The notes below the pieces were generated by a model that had not been told where the DNA came from, searched no databases, and saw nothing but the letters and a program-made list of their open reading frames with translations. Shown one piece after another: positions 12,080 through 21,464 of a stretch of DNA of 49,120 nt. Location: the sequence record SRR22947725_670; one strand, written 5' to 3'. Both the position numbers and the translations under genes were made by a program. Positions within the stretch are counted from its first letter, which is position 1, and each line of letters opens with the position of its first letter.

Positions 12080-13114
12080 ATGACAGCCCAAGCTCTCTTT
12101 GCCCCCGCCATGGTGCGGGCACTCGAGCTTGCCCAGAATGGGCCGGAGCGGGGGATTAACCCCCGCGTGGGCTGTGTATTAGTCGATTCCTCCGGCACCA
12201 TCGTCGCTGAGGGTTGGCATCAAGGCTCTGGCACCCCCCACGCAGAAGTGATGGCGTTGACGGGCCTTGGGGATAAGGGAATCAGCGCTGCTGGCCTCAC
12301 CGCGGTGGTCACCCTTGAACCGTGTGCTCACACTGGCAAGACGGGACCCTGCGCAACAGCTTTGATCGGCGCCGGCATCGCCCGGGTTGTTTTCTCCGTG
12401 TCCGACCCCGGTGTTGGCTCTGGCGGAGGGGCTGACATCTTGCGGTCCGCCGGTATCGAAGTGGTGTCCGGGGTGGAAGAGGCTGCGGGTCGCAAACTTA
12501 TTGAGCGTTGGCTACTCTCCGCCACCACGGGCAGGCCGTGGATCACGATCAAATGGGCGATGTCGCTGGATGGCCGAGCTGCCGCAGCAGATGGGACGAG
12601 CCAGTGGATCACAGGCCCCGAAACCAGGCACCGGGTGCATCTGGACCGATCCCGTCATGATGCGATTGTTGTGGGCACGGGAACAGTTCTTGCCGATGAC
12701 CCCACCCTCACAGCGCGAGACAGGGATGGATCACTGATGGACCACCAGCCCCACGCTGTTGTCGTGGGGCAGCGAGCTGTGCCAAACACTGCTCTCCTCC
12801 GGACTCATCCCGGTGGTTTCACACACCACGACAGCCATGATCTCGATCACCTGATGGAGAGTCTTTTTCACCAGGGCATCCGAAGTGCATACGTTGAAGG
12901 CGGCCCCACCCTTGCCAGCGCATTCCTTGCGCAGGGGCTCTGTGACGAAGTCCACATTTCTCTGGGGCCGATGCTTTTGGGTGGGCCAAAGCTAGCCCTG
13001 ACCGATTTTGGTGTCTCGACCATGGCCGAGGCCCTCCCCCTTGATATTCACGACGTTTTGCGTTTCGAGAGTGATGTGTTCATCATTGCCAAGCCCCGAA
13101 AGGACGATGCATAG
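12080..13114 (+). CDS. ribD: Bifunctional riboflavin deaminase/reductase
   Basis: NPRVGC, HAE, TLEPCAHTGKTGPC, SLDG...SQWITG, VEGGPTL. Confidence 0.96.
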   Translation: MTAQALFAPAMVRALELAQNGPERGINPRVGCVLVDSSGTIVAEGWHQGSGTPHAEVMALTGLGDKGISAAGLTAVVTLEPCAHTGKTGPCATALIGAGIARVVFSVSDPGVGSGGGADILRSAGIEVVSGVEEAAGRKLIERWLLSATTGRPWITIKWAMSLDGRAAAADGTSQWITGPETRHRVHLDRSRHDAIVVGTGTVLADDPTLTARDRDGSLMDHQPHAVVVGQRAVPNTALLRTHPGGFTHHDSHDLDHLMESLFHQGIRSAYVEGGPTLASAFLAQGLCDEVHISLGPMLLGGPKLALTDFGVSTMAEALPLDIHDVLRFESDVFIIAKPRKDDA

Positions 13115-13116
13115 CC

Positions 13117-13725
13117 ATGTTTACCGGTTTGATTGAAGAAATGGGAACCATTACCGCCCTTGACCCCAGTGGCGAGGGCGCCCTGGTAACAGTGGCGGCT
13201 TCGCTGGTCGTTGAAGATGTGAGTCACGGTGATTCCATTTCTGTCAACGGGGTGTGTCTGACCGTCACTGAATCCACCACCTCGCATTTCGTGGCCGAAG
13301 TGATGAAAGAAACACTCCAGCACTCCACTGCCAGCACCTGGATTTCTGGCACCGGGGTAAACCTCGAGCGCGCGGCAAAGGTGGGAGACCGCCTGGGGGG
13401 CCACATCGTTCAAGGCCATGTCGATGCAGAGTCCACCATTCTTTCTGTCACACCGGGAGAGCGCTGGAGTGTGATTCGTTTTTCCTTGGCCCCAGCCATC
13501 GCCCCCCTGGTTGCCCACAAAGGTTCCATCACTTTGGATGGTGTTTCTTTGACCATCTCAGCAATTGGCCGAGACTGGGCCGAGGTGTCCTTGATTCCTG
13601 AAACATTGACAGCAACAACACTGGGGTCAAAAAAACCAGGGGATGTCATGAATCTCGAAACCGACATGATCGCGCGACACGTCTTGAGGCTCCAAGAGTT
13701 TGCCCCGGAAGGGAGTTCGGCATGA
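13117..13725 (+). CDS. ribE: Riboflavin synthase (alpha chain)
   Basis: MFTGLIEE, SISVNGVCLTV, NLERA, GGHIVQGHVD. Confidence 0.96.
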   Translation: MFTGLIEEMGTITALDPSGEGALVTVAASLVVEDVSHGDSISVNGVCLTVTESTTSHFVAEVMKETLQHSTASTWISGTGVNLERAAKVGDRLGGHIVQGHVDAESTILSVTPGERWSVIRFSLAPAIAPLVAHKGSITLDGVSLTISAIGRDWAEVSLIPETLTATTLGSKKPGDVMNLETDMIARHVLRLQEFAPEGSSA

Positions 13726-15008
13726 GTATTGGCACCATCCAAGAGGCCCTCGAGCACCTTCGCGAAGGTCGCCCCATCATTGTGGTGGATGACGAAGCGC
13801 GCGAGAACGAGGGCGACATTATTCTCAGCGCCCAACTAGCCACCCCGCAGTGGGTCGGCTGGACCATCAGGCACTCTTCTGGCTACCTCTGCGCCCCTAT
13901 GCCGGCAGAACGCGCTACAGCACTCGAGCTTCCCCCCATGGTGGAGAACAACGAAGATCCTCGCAAAACCGCGTACACCGTCAGTGTGGACGCTTCTACC
14001 GGTATCACCACCGGTATTAGTGCCTCGGATCGAACCAGAACACTCCGCGCTCTGGCTGATCCAAGCTCTTCACCTGCCTCCTTGATTCGCCCCGGTCATA
14101 TTGTGCCGCTCAAAGCTGCACCGGGAGGCGTTCGCGAACGCGCTGGCCACACCGAGGCCGCTGTGGAATTGATGAAGCTGGCAGGTCTTGAGTCCGTGGC
14201 AATGATCGGCGAAGTGGTGGGTGATGACGGTGAACTTTTGCGCCTGCCCGAACTCTTGGAAATGGGAATAACCCACAACGTCCCTGTTGTGACCATTGCC
14301 CAACTGATTCTTGAGTTAGACGAAAACGGGCTTACCCCTGGCCACTTGGCCCCCCGCGTGGGACCCGTGGCTGATCAGCGGGTGATTTTTGAAGTCGAAA
14401 CGCGCGTCCCCACCGAACACGGTGTGTTTGACCTCCGCGCTTATCGTGACCGGGCGACCGGGGCAGATCACATCGCTATTGTCTCTGGGACCCCCCGCGA
14501 TGGAATGCTCGTGAGGCTGCACTCCGAATGCCTCACCGGCGAAGCAATGGGTTCCCTGAAGTGTGAATGTGGACCCCAACTCGATACAGCAATGGACCGC
14601 ATCGCCGAAGAAGGTGGCGTCGTGATCTATCTGCGCGGGCACGAGGGGAGAGGTATTGGCCTCATCAACAAACTTCGCGCCTATCGCCTGCAAGAGGTGG
14701 GGCTGGACACACTGGATGCGAACTTAGCCTTGGGGTTACCCGCCGACGCCAGAGACTATGGTGCCGCAGCGGCCATTCTTACCGACATGGGCATCAGTAG
14801 TGTCCGACTTCTCAGCAACAATCCTGAGAAGCGTCGCCAACTAGAAGAGCACTCCATCACTGTTACCGAGCTTGCACCATTGGTAGTGGGTGTGGGGGCC
14901 GTCAACACCGCCTACCTGGAAGCAAAACGTGACCGCATGGGTCACTACCTACCAGGCGAGCTCAACACCGGAGTCATCACACTTCCCACCGAAGGAGAAA
15001 CCCCATGA
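13722..15008 (+). CDS. ribBA: Bifunctional DHBP synthase / GTP cyclohydrolase II
   Basis: DDEARENEGD, RPGH, RAGHTEA, then RLHSECLTGE...CECG, EGRGIGL, NNPEK. Confidence 0.96.
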   Translation: MSIGTIQEALEHLREGRPIIVVDDEARENEGDIILSAQLATPQWVGWTIRHSSGYLCAPMPAERATALELPPMVENNEDPRKTAYTVSVDASTGITTGISASDRTRTLRALADPSSSPASLIRPGHIVPLKAAPGGVRERAGHTEAAVELMKLAGLESVAMIGEVVGDDGELLRLPELLEMGITHNVPVVTIAQLILELDENGLTPGHLAPRVGPVADQRVIFEVETRVPTEHGVFDLRAYRDRATGADHIAIVSGTPRDGMLVRLHSECLTGEAMGSLKCECGPQLDTAMDRIAEEGGVVIYLRGHEGRGIGLINKLRAYRLQEVGLDTLDANLALGLPADARDYGAAAAILTDMGISSVRLLSNNPEKRRQLEEHSITVTELAPLVVGVGAVNTAYLEAKRDRMGHYLPGELNTGVITLPTEGETP

Positions 15009-15472
15009 GTGGTCACGGAGCACCCCGTATCGACCTCGCCAACGCTCAAGGCCTCAAGGTTGCCGTCGTTGCCGGGATGTGGCACGAAGAAATATCTGAA
15101 GCACTTGTGGCTGGGGCGCTTCGCGTCCTCGAGCGCGCGGGAGTGGACATTCAGGTCATTCGGGTGCCAGGCTCCTTCGAGCTCCCCGTGGTGGCCCAGG
15201 CTGCACTGCGCTCCGGTGCGGATGCCGTAGTGGCACTCGGTGTCATTATTCGAGGCGGAACACCCCACTTTGACTTTGTGTCTTCCGCAGCGACCCAAGG
15301 CCTCACCGATGTCGCCCTGTCGACCGGAAAACCCGTGGGATTTGGCGTTCTCACTTTGGATGATGAAGCCCAAGGGATAGCCCGGGCGGGTTTACCAGGC
15401 TCAGAAGAAGACAAAGGCGCAGAGGCTGCAGAGGCCGCCCTGCACACAGCACTTCTCCTGCGCGCGCTCTAG
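15005..15472 (+). CDS. ribH: 6,7-dimethyl-8-ribityllumazine synthase
   Basis: VPGSFELP, LGVIIRGGTPHFDFV, FGVLT, KGAEAA. Confidence 0.96.
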   Translation: MSGHGAPRIDLANAQGLKVAVVAGMWHEEISEALVAGALRVLERAGVDIQVIRVPGSFELPVVAQAALRSGADAVVALGVIIRGGTPHFDFVSSAATQGLTDVALSTGKPVGFGVLTLDDEAQGIARAGLPGSEEDKGAEAAEAALHTALLLRAL

Positions 15473-16638
15473 ATTCCTGGGAACTCGCGGACAAAAAAAG
15501 TCATTTTGCTCTTGCGAATTTGAGCGAGCATGGATCGGTCTGGGATGAGATCGGATCCCAGAATGCAGACAAAGCGTGATTCCGGGATGCCCGCATTCAC
15601 TAAAGCACTGACCCGCTCTCGATTCCCGTCGTAGTTGCCCACCACGATGGAATCGCAGCTTTCCGCGAGCGCCAGCAGGTCTGCTTGCCCCGCAACGCTG
15701 TCCACCTCTGCTGGATTCAGTGAATCCGCACTGCGAAGCCTCGCGGGCAACACCTTCGTATACCCAAAACCCCGCCCATAGAGGCGATGCGTGTTGCCAG
15801 AGAAATCATCGAGCAAGTAGTCGACCTCGAATGCCGGGATGATGGTCTCTCCCAATACCTGCCGCAACCCAGTGAGCGTGAAAGCGCTCAGGTAATCTGT
15901 CCGTGCGGCAAGTCCATGGTCGAGGTACATGATGCGGGAACCGCGAATACCCGCTGCCTCCACCACAAAGGAGGCCATGGCCCGGGAAGACAGACGCTGT
16001 AAAGCAAACTCCGCAAAAAAAGCCCTGGTGTGGTCATCGGGGATCGCCGGTCCTTCGGCAAGGAGTTGTTCCATCACCGTCATCAGCGCGCGCTTAGGCA
16101 AATGAGCCAGCGAAAAAGCGTTCGCTTTGGCTAAACGCGGGATGAGTGGGATGGTTCCAGAAAAAAGAATCTCCAGGTGGCGAAAAGTGTCCCAACCACC
16201 CTTCTTGGTCGATAGAGCGAAGTAGGAGCTCTGGTATTCCAAGAGATAGTCATCCCACGAATCAAAAGAAAAAGGTTCACCAGGGATTGTGCTGGAGAGA
16301 AAATGGGGCCGGTTTGCCAAGGCGGAGGGCATCATTTCTGGCTGGGGAAAAGAAAAATTCAGCGGATATACGCCGTAGGTCGAGAAACACTCTCGCCCGA
16401 GATCCACGGCGGCTGGTTCGCGATGATCCGCTGCCAAAAAGGTCCGCTGCGGAAGCTTCGAGGCGTCTCGAACAAAAAGAGCCGGCGAAAGTTCCCGTGA
16501 ATAGTAATCGGGCCTGCCCACCGGTGCTGGTTCCGGGGTCCCCCGACGCAGTTGCCCCCACTTCATCCGGAGGATTCGCAGGGCGCCCACAGCTTTGGAG
16601 CGCCGAGGGGCGCGGAAGGATGAACCGGGGGCTGCCAT
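15469..16638 (-). CDS. Hypothetical protein, probable glycosyltransferase-like
   Basis: 389-aa ORF with TAAACT 6 nt before the ATG; YQSSYFALSTKKGGWDTFRHLEILFSGTIP resembles the nucleotide-sugar-binding segment of GT-B/exostosin-like proteins. Function is inferred. Confidence 0.6.
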   Translation of the reverse strand: MAAPGSSFRAPRRSKAVGALRILRMKWGQLRRGTPEPAPVGRPDYYSRELSPALFVRDASKLPQRTFLAADHREPAAVDLGRECFSTYGVYPLNFSFPQPEMMPSALANRPHFLSSTIPGEPFSFDSWDDYLLEYQSSYFALSTKKGGWDTFRHLEILFSGTIPLIPRLAKANAFSLAHLPKRALMTVMEQLLAEGPAIPDDHTRAFFAEFALQRLSSRAMASFVVEAAGIRGSRIMYLDHGLAARTDYLSAFTLTGLRQVLGETIIPAFEVDYLLDDFSGNTHRLYGRGFGYTKVLPARLRSADSLNPAEVDSVAGQADLLALAESCDSIVVGNYDGNRERVSALVNAGIPESRFVCILGSDLIPDRSMLAQIRKSKMTFFVREFPGI

Positions 16639-16723
16639 CCTGCGAGTTTATCGGCGAGCGAACATCAGCCATGTCTAAGTCGAGGTAGGGCACACTCTAA
16701 GAGTCCCTGGGTAAGGAGTTCTC

Positions 16724-18604
16724 ATGAGTATGGGTTTTGGATCACGTCGACGCGGAACGAACTACCGCGATACCGATGACGGTTCGCCGCGTGCTACCTT
16801 CCGCCAACTTTTGCCCTTCCTGATGGAACACAAACGAATTCTCTCCATCGTCATTGGTTTAAGCGTTGCCGGTGCGTTGACAAGCCTTGCCCAACCACTC
16901 GTGGTGAGCCAGGTGATCACGCTTGTTGGGGAGGCGCAGCCTCTGGGGATTTTGGTGTGGGCACTCGTCGGGCTGGTCGTGATTTCTGCTGCCCTGTCTG
17001 GTTTCCGCCACTACCTTTTGCAGCGCACCGGTGAAGGGGTAGTTCTCTCAAGCCGAAAAGCCCTCGTCGCGAAAATGCTCAACCTTCCCGTAGCGGAATT
17101 TGATCAACGTCGGACCGGTGACCTGGTGTCTCGCGTGGGAAGCGACACGACCCTACTGAGAGCAGTGCTCACTCAGGGGTTGGTGGAGGCCGTTGGGGGC
17201 ACTCTTACCTTTGTCGGCGCAGTGATCGCGATGCTCTACCTCGACCCCATTCTTTTCCTTCTCACTGCCCTGGTGGTGAGCATCGCGGTCACCGCGGTGG
17301 TGACCCTCTCTCGTCGCATCCGAGTTGCCAGCCGTAAAGCCCAAGATAAGGTCGGGGACCTGACCTCAAGCGTGGAGCGCGCGATTAGCTCGGTGCGCAC
17401 GGTCCGCGCCGCCAACGCCACTGAGCGCGAAATAGAGAGTGTCGGCAAAGATGCCGAAGGTGCCTGGCGTTTAGGTATCGCCGTTGCCAAAATTTCTGCC
17501 CTCGTCGTGCCCATTTCAGGTATTGCCTTACAAATCGCCTTCCTCGTCGTGCTCGGCGTCGGCGGTTACCGGGTGGCTAGTGGCGCACTGCCGATTGCTG
17601 ATCTCGTCGCGTTCATCCTCTTCTTGTTCATGATGATCATGCCCTTGGGGCAAGCCTTTGGTGCCATCACCTCTGTCAACCAAGCTCTCGGCGCGCTGGG
17701 TCGAATCCAAGAAATTATTACTCTGCCCTCAGAAACGGACAACGATACTGTCGCCCCGGGGAAAGGCAGCGACCACTCCGCAGCTCTTGCCATCGAATTT
17801 TCTCAGGTGACCTTTAGCTACCCCGAAAAAGCCCACAAGACGGAAGCGGAAAAGCTCGTCGCAGAAACGTTGGGCGAGGAATCTCTCGCCACCGGGAAAA
17901 TTACGATGACGCCTCATACCAAGGGCCCAGTCCTCGAGGACGTATCCTTCTCGGTCCCTACGGGCAGCAAAACAGCAATTGTTGGCCCCAGCGGTGCCGG
18001 GAAGAGCAGTGTTCTGTCTCTCATGGAGCGCTTCTATGACCCCACCAGTGGAGTCATCCGCGTGTTTGGGAAAGATGCCCACACCATTCCCCGGGCTGAA
18101 CTGCGAGGCCACTTCGGCTACGTCGAGCAGGACGCGCCCGTGCTCGCCGGAACTATTCGAGACAACCTTCTTATCGGTTCCCCCGATGCCACCGACAGTG
18201 AACTCGAGGCAGTGCTCGCAGAAGTCAATCTTTCCGAGATTCTTTCCCGCGACCCTGAGGGACTCGATGCTGAGGTGGGCGAGGGTGGCGTTTTGCTCTC
18301 CGGAGGAGAGCGGCAACGCCTTGCCATTGCCCGGGCGCTGTTGCAAGCACCCGCTATCTTGCTTCTGGATGAGTCAACATCGTCCCTCGATGGACCCAAT
18401 GAGCTGTTGATGAAGCACGCCATCGACAAAGTATCCAAAGAACGCACCCTGGTTGTGATTGCCCACCGTCTTGCCACCGTGGTCGATAGCGATCAAATCG
18501 TGGTGCTGAAAGACGGGCGCATTGATGCCCGAGGAACCCACGAGGAGCTGTTAGAGAGCTCAGACCTCTATCGAAACCTCGCGGAACACCAACTACTGGT
18601 CTAG
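16724..18604 (+). CDS. ABC exporter, fused permease/ATP-binding (MdlB type)
   Basis: N-terminal TM domain, GPSGAGKS, LSGGERQR, LLLDE, IAHRL; AAGGAG RBS. Confidence 0.95.
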   Translation: MSMGFGSRRRGTNYRDTDDGSPRATFRQLLPFLMEHKRILSIVIGLSVAGALTSLAQPLVVSQVITLVGEAQPLGILVWALVGLVVISAALSGFRHYLLQRTGEGVVLSSRKALVAKMLNLPVAEFDQRRTGDLVSRVGSDTTLLRAVLTQGLVEAVGGTLTFVGAVIAMLYLDPILFLLTALVVSIAVTAVVTLSRRIRVASRKAQDKVGDLTSSVERAISSVRTVRAANATEREIESVGKDAEGAWRLGIAVAKISALVVPISGIALQIAFLVVLGVGGYRVASGALPIADLVAFILFLFMMIMPLGQAFGAITSVNQALGALGRIQEIITLPSETDNDTVAPGKGSDHSAALAIEFSQVTFSYPEKAHKTEAEKLVAETLGEESLATGKITMTPHTKGPVLEDVSFSVPTGSKTAIVGPSGAGKSSVLSLMERFYDPTSGVIRVFGKDAHTIPRAELRGHFGYVEQDAPVLAGTIRDNLLIGSPDATDSELEAVLAEVNLSEILSRDPEGLDAEVGEGGVLLSGGERQRLAIARALLQAPAILLLDESTSSLDGPNELLMKHAIDKVSKERTLVVIAHRLATVVDSDQIVVLKDGRIDARGTHEELLESSDLYRNLAEHQLLV

Positions 18605-19423
18605 CTACTCAGGTTTTGCTGCTGGCCCCAGCACTGCCATGCGAATGCGATTAGCAAACCTTCGCCACACATAGCGAATGAACAATCCTGCGATATCCAA
18701 CGGGCTGAGGGTGAAATGCCCACTCTGGATTCTTCTGCGATAAAGCTTCTCGCTGGCTTGAGAAACAAACCCTTTGTACTGGTCGTGATTACCGGCCATA
18801 AAGGACCCGTGACCGTGGTGATACACGGTGGCATCGAGGTAAAACGATCCACGGTAACCATTGAAGGCAGCGGTGTGCTCGAGAAGGGTGACGTGTCGTC
18901 CTGCCTCCTTCAATTGCACTCCCACCCGACGCCCGGTGTCGGGTGCGCCCTTGCGGCTCGCGCGCTCCAGATACCCCTCGGAAAAGCTCACCAAGGGAAT
19001 ATCGGCGACGGGGAACACCATGAAGCAGGGATGAGTGTTTTTGTTGCTCCCGGGCACGAGAGCCAAAGAAATATCATCCATCGCATCCAGCCAGCCAGCA
19101 CTGACAGGAAAAGCATCCGAATCCATCACGATGACGTGTGATGTGGTGAACACTGTGTCGTGGATCGCCCGATCCAAGGCGTAAGGATGATCGTGGCCTT
19201 CCACGGCGATTTGTTGGGCATCGGGTTCAAAGGTCAACACTTCTCGAACCAGGGGCATGGCAGAAATTTCTTTCGCACTCCCGCGCGATTGGTCCACAAT
19301 GACCGCTTCTTTCACTCTTTCATCGGAGTGCCGTGCCACCTCATCGAGGAGATGCCTCATCCAGAAGAGGTCCCCGTAGTGACAGGACACCACCGTGTAG
19401 GTAGGGGTTTCATGCTTAGGCAA
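18605..19423 (-). CDS. Hypothetical protein, GT-A (GT2-like) glycosyltransferase candidate
   Basis: N-terminal TYTVVSCHY, AVIVDQS, and a DxD motif in HVIVMDSDAF; start overlaps the pncA stop. Confidence 0.6.
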   Translation of the reverse strand: MPKHETPTYTVVSCHYGDLFWMRHLLDEVARHSDERVKEAVIVDQSRGSAKEISAMPLVREVLTFEPDAQQIAVEGHDHPYALDRAIHDTVFTTSHVIVMDSDAFPVSAGWLDAMDDISLALVPGSNKNTHPCFMVFPVADIPLVSFSEGYLERASRKGAPDTGRRVGVQLKEAGRHVTLLEHTAAFNGYRGSFYLDATVYHHGHGSFMAGNHDQYKGFVSQASEKLYRRRIQSGHFTLSPLDIAGLFIRYVWRRFANRIRMAVLGPAAKPE

Positions 19424-20012
19424 AGGTGACCCCCGCCTTGCTCATTTCTTCGAGCGCGCTTTCCTCTGTCACAGGCGACACTGCTGCGACAAGGTCTCGC
19501 AGCACCCGCACCGAGACACCCGCTTTTCGGGCGTCTAAAGCACTTGCCCGCACGCAGTGATCCGTGGCGAGCCCCACCACATCCACTTCAGAAATGGAAT
19601 GGGAGGAAATAAGTCCCTCTACCGTGTGACCCTCATCGGTCGTTCCTTCAAACATGGAGTAGCTGGGGACCCCCTGTCCCTTTTTCACGTGAAAAGCCAC
19701 CGCGTCGGTCGCAAAATCAGGATGATATTTCGCTCCCTCAGTGCCCGCAACGCAGTGAACTGGCCATGTTGATATGAAGTCTGGATGAGTACCCTCCCCG
19801 GCAAAGTGGCCACCGTTGTCATTATCCACGTCGTGCCAGTCTCTCGAGGCAATAATGAGGGCGTATTCGCCGGCATGATCTTTGAGATAGTCACTAATTC
19901 CCCGGGCCACGGCGCCGCCGCCGGCGACGCCGAGAGCACCGCCTTCGCAAAAGTCATTTTGCACATCGACAATGAGCAGGCCCCGCTTAGTCTCCGTGCT
20001 ATTCGTCATCAT
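19416..20012 (-). CDS. pncA: Nicotinamidase/pyrazinamidase (isochorismatase family)
   Basis: IVDVQNDFCEGG, DWH, WPVHCV, GLATDHCVRA. Confidence 0.92.
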   Translation of the reverse strand: MMTNSTETKRGLLIVDVQNDFCEGGALGVAGGGAVARGISDYLKDHAGEYALIIASRDWHDVDNDNGGHFAGEGTHPDFISTWPVHCVAGTEGAKYHPDFATDAVAFHVKKGQGVPSYSMFEGTTDEGHTVEGLISSHSISEVDVVGLATDHCVRASALDARKAGVSVRVLRDLVAAVSPVTEESALEEMSKAGVTFA

Positions 20013-21461
20013 TTAGAAGTCTGCCAGGTTCGCGCCACACGAATACACCCCTGCCACCACGGTTTCCAGGGCCGTGCGGGCATCATCATCGACGGTGCCG
20101 GTAGCGAAAAAGGCAAAGACACGATCGGAATCATCGACGCCTTGAATAAATCCTGCTAACGAGCGGGTCCCCGAAATACTGCCCGTCTTTGCCTGCACAC
20201 GGGAGGTAACGACCGCATTTTCTCCGCCAAAACGGTCATCGAGAGACCCATCCACACCAGCGATGGGGAGTGCCTCTACTAACAACCCGATACTGCCTTC
20301 ACTTCGAAAAACCTCCATCAAGATTCCTGCGACGTATTCGGGGGTGACCTGATTCATTGCAGACAGTCCCGACCCGTCCCTGATGGTGATGCCTTCTGCG
20401 CTCACGCCATACTGCTCGAGTGCTTGGTGGAGTGCTTCGCCCACGCTGGACTGGGATCCATCCAAGCCTTCGACCAAGGACACCTGCCGGGCGAGGAATT
20501 CCGCCAGCGTGTTATCGCTTTCTTTCAGCATGTAGGTGACCAACTCCTGCACGGGCCTCGATTCCACCCGCGCGAGCACAGCACCTTCCGAGTCAGATTT
20601 TTCGTAGCGAATCGTGACAGAACGGGCGGTGTTCCCTGCCGCCTTCAAAGCATCAACAAAAGTGTTGGCAGCCCGGGTAACGGGGTCTTTGCCCCGCGGG
20701 CTCATCGCCGCTGCGGGGTTCGAGCGATCGCCATCGACTTGGAGAGCGGTGACGCGGGATAAAAATCCTTTCGCCCGAGCACTCTCTGCCCACGAATCAT
20801 CCCAGTTGTCCCCTGAATCCCAAAGGGTGGCATCCACAATCAGCTCCGTGATGGACACTTTTGTGCCCTCCTCCAACCCCGCAGAAACCGCTGCGATGGT
20901 TTGTTCTGCAAGCTCCGTCACAGACGGTGCTCCCGCGTAAACGCTTTCGCCCTCGCCGCTGCGGGAGCGAAGTGTGGGGTCTCCCCCTCCCACGAGAACT
21001 ACTGACTGGGATGTCTCTCCCGCCCGAACGGTAGTGGCAAAGGTGGCATCGGGGCCAAGAGAACTCAGTGCAGCCGCCGCGGTAACGGTCTTGAGAACAC
21101 TAGCCGGTGCGAGTAAACCCTCAGAAGCCCTAGCAAACAGCACCTCGCCACTCCAGGGATCGAACACCACACCGGAGAAAACATCCATTCGAGGGTCATC
21201 AAGCAGAGAGGAAATGGAACACGTGGGGAAGCGGACACTGGCCTGAGGAGTCTGCGGATTCAACCGCCCAGTGACCTGCACTGCTGCCTCTTCTGCCTCC
21301 ACAACAGCGGGGATGAGAGCATCCACACTGGGGTTTGCAAACCCCAGAAAACCGGCACCCGCGATGGCGCCAAGGCCCACGGCAGCACCGAGTGCACTAG
21401 CTAGCACTCGCACAACCCGCGATGCTCGCTTGCGCCCCACCAGGTTTTCGTCGGTCTCCAT
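20013..21461 (-). CDS. dacB: D-alanyl-D-alanine carboxypeptidase/endopeptidase (peptidase S13)
   Basis: PASVLK (SxxK), SDN (SxN), DGSGLS, AKTGS (KTG); N-terminal TM anchor. Confidence 0.93.
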   Translation of the reverse strand: METDENLVGRKRASRVVRVLASALGAAVGLGAIAGAGFLGFANPSVDALIPAVVEAEEAAVQVTGRLNPQTPQASVRFPTCSISSLLDDPRMDVFSGVVFDPWSGEVLFARASEGLLAPASVLKTVTAAAALSSLGPDATFATTVRAGETSQSVVLVGGGDPTLRSRSGEGESVYAGAPSVTELAEQTIAAVSAGLEEGTKVSITELIVDATLWDSGDNWDDSWAESARAKGFLSRVTALQVDGDRSNPAAAMSPRGKDPVTRAANTFVDALKAAGNTARSVTIRYEKSDSEGAVLARVESRPVQELVTYMLKESDNTLAEFLARQVSLVEGLDGSQSSVGEALHQALEQYGVSAEGITIRDGSGLSAMNQVTPEYVAGILMEVFRSEGSIGLLVEALPIAGVDGSLDDRFGGENAVVTSRVQAKTGSISGTRSLAGFIQGVDDSDRVFAFFATGTVDDDARTALETVVAGVYSCGANLADF

Positions 21462-21464
21462 AAC

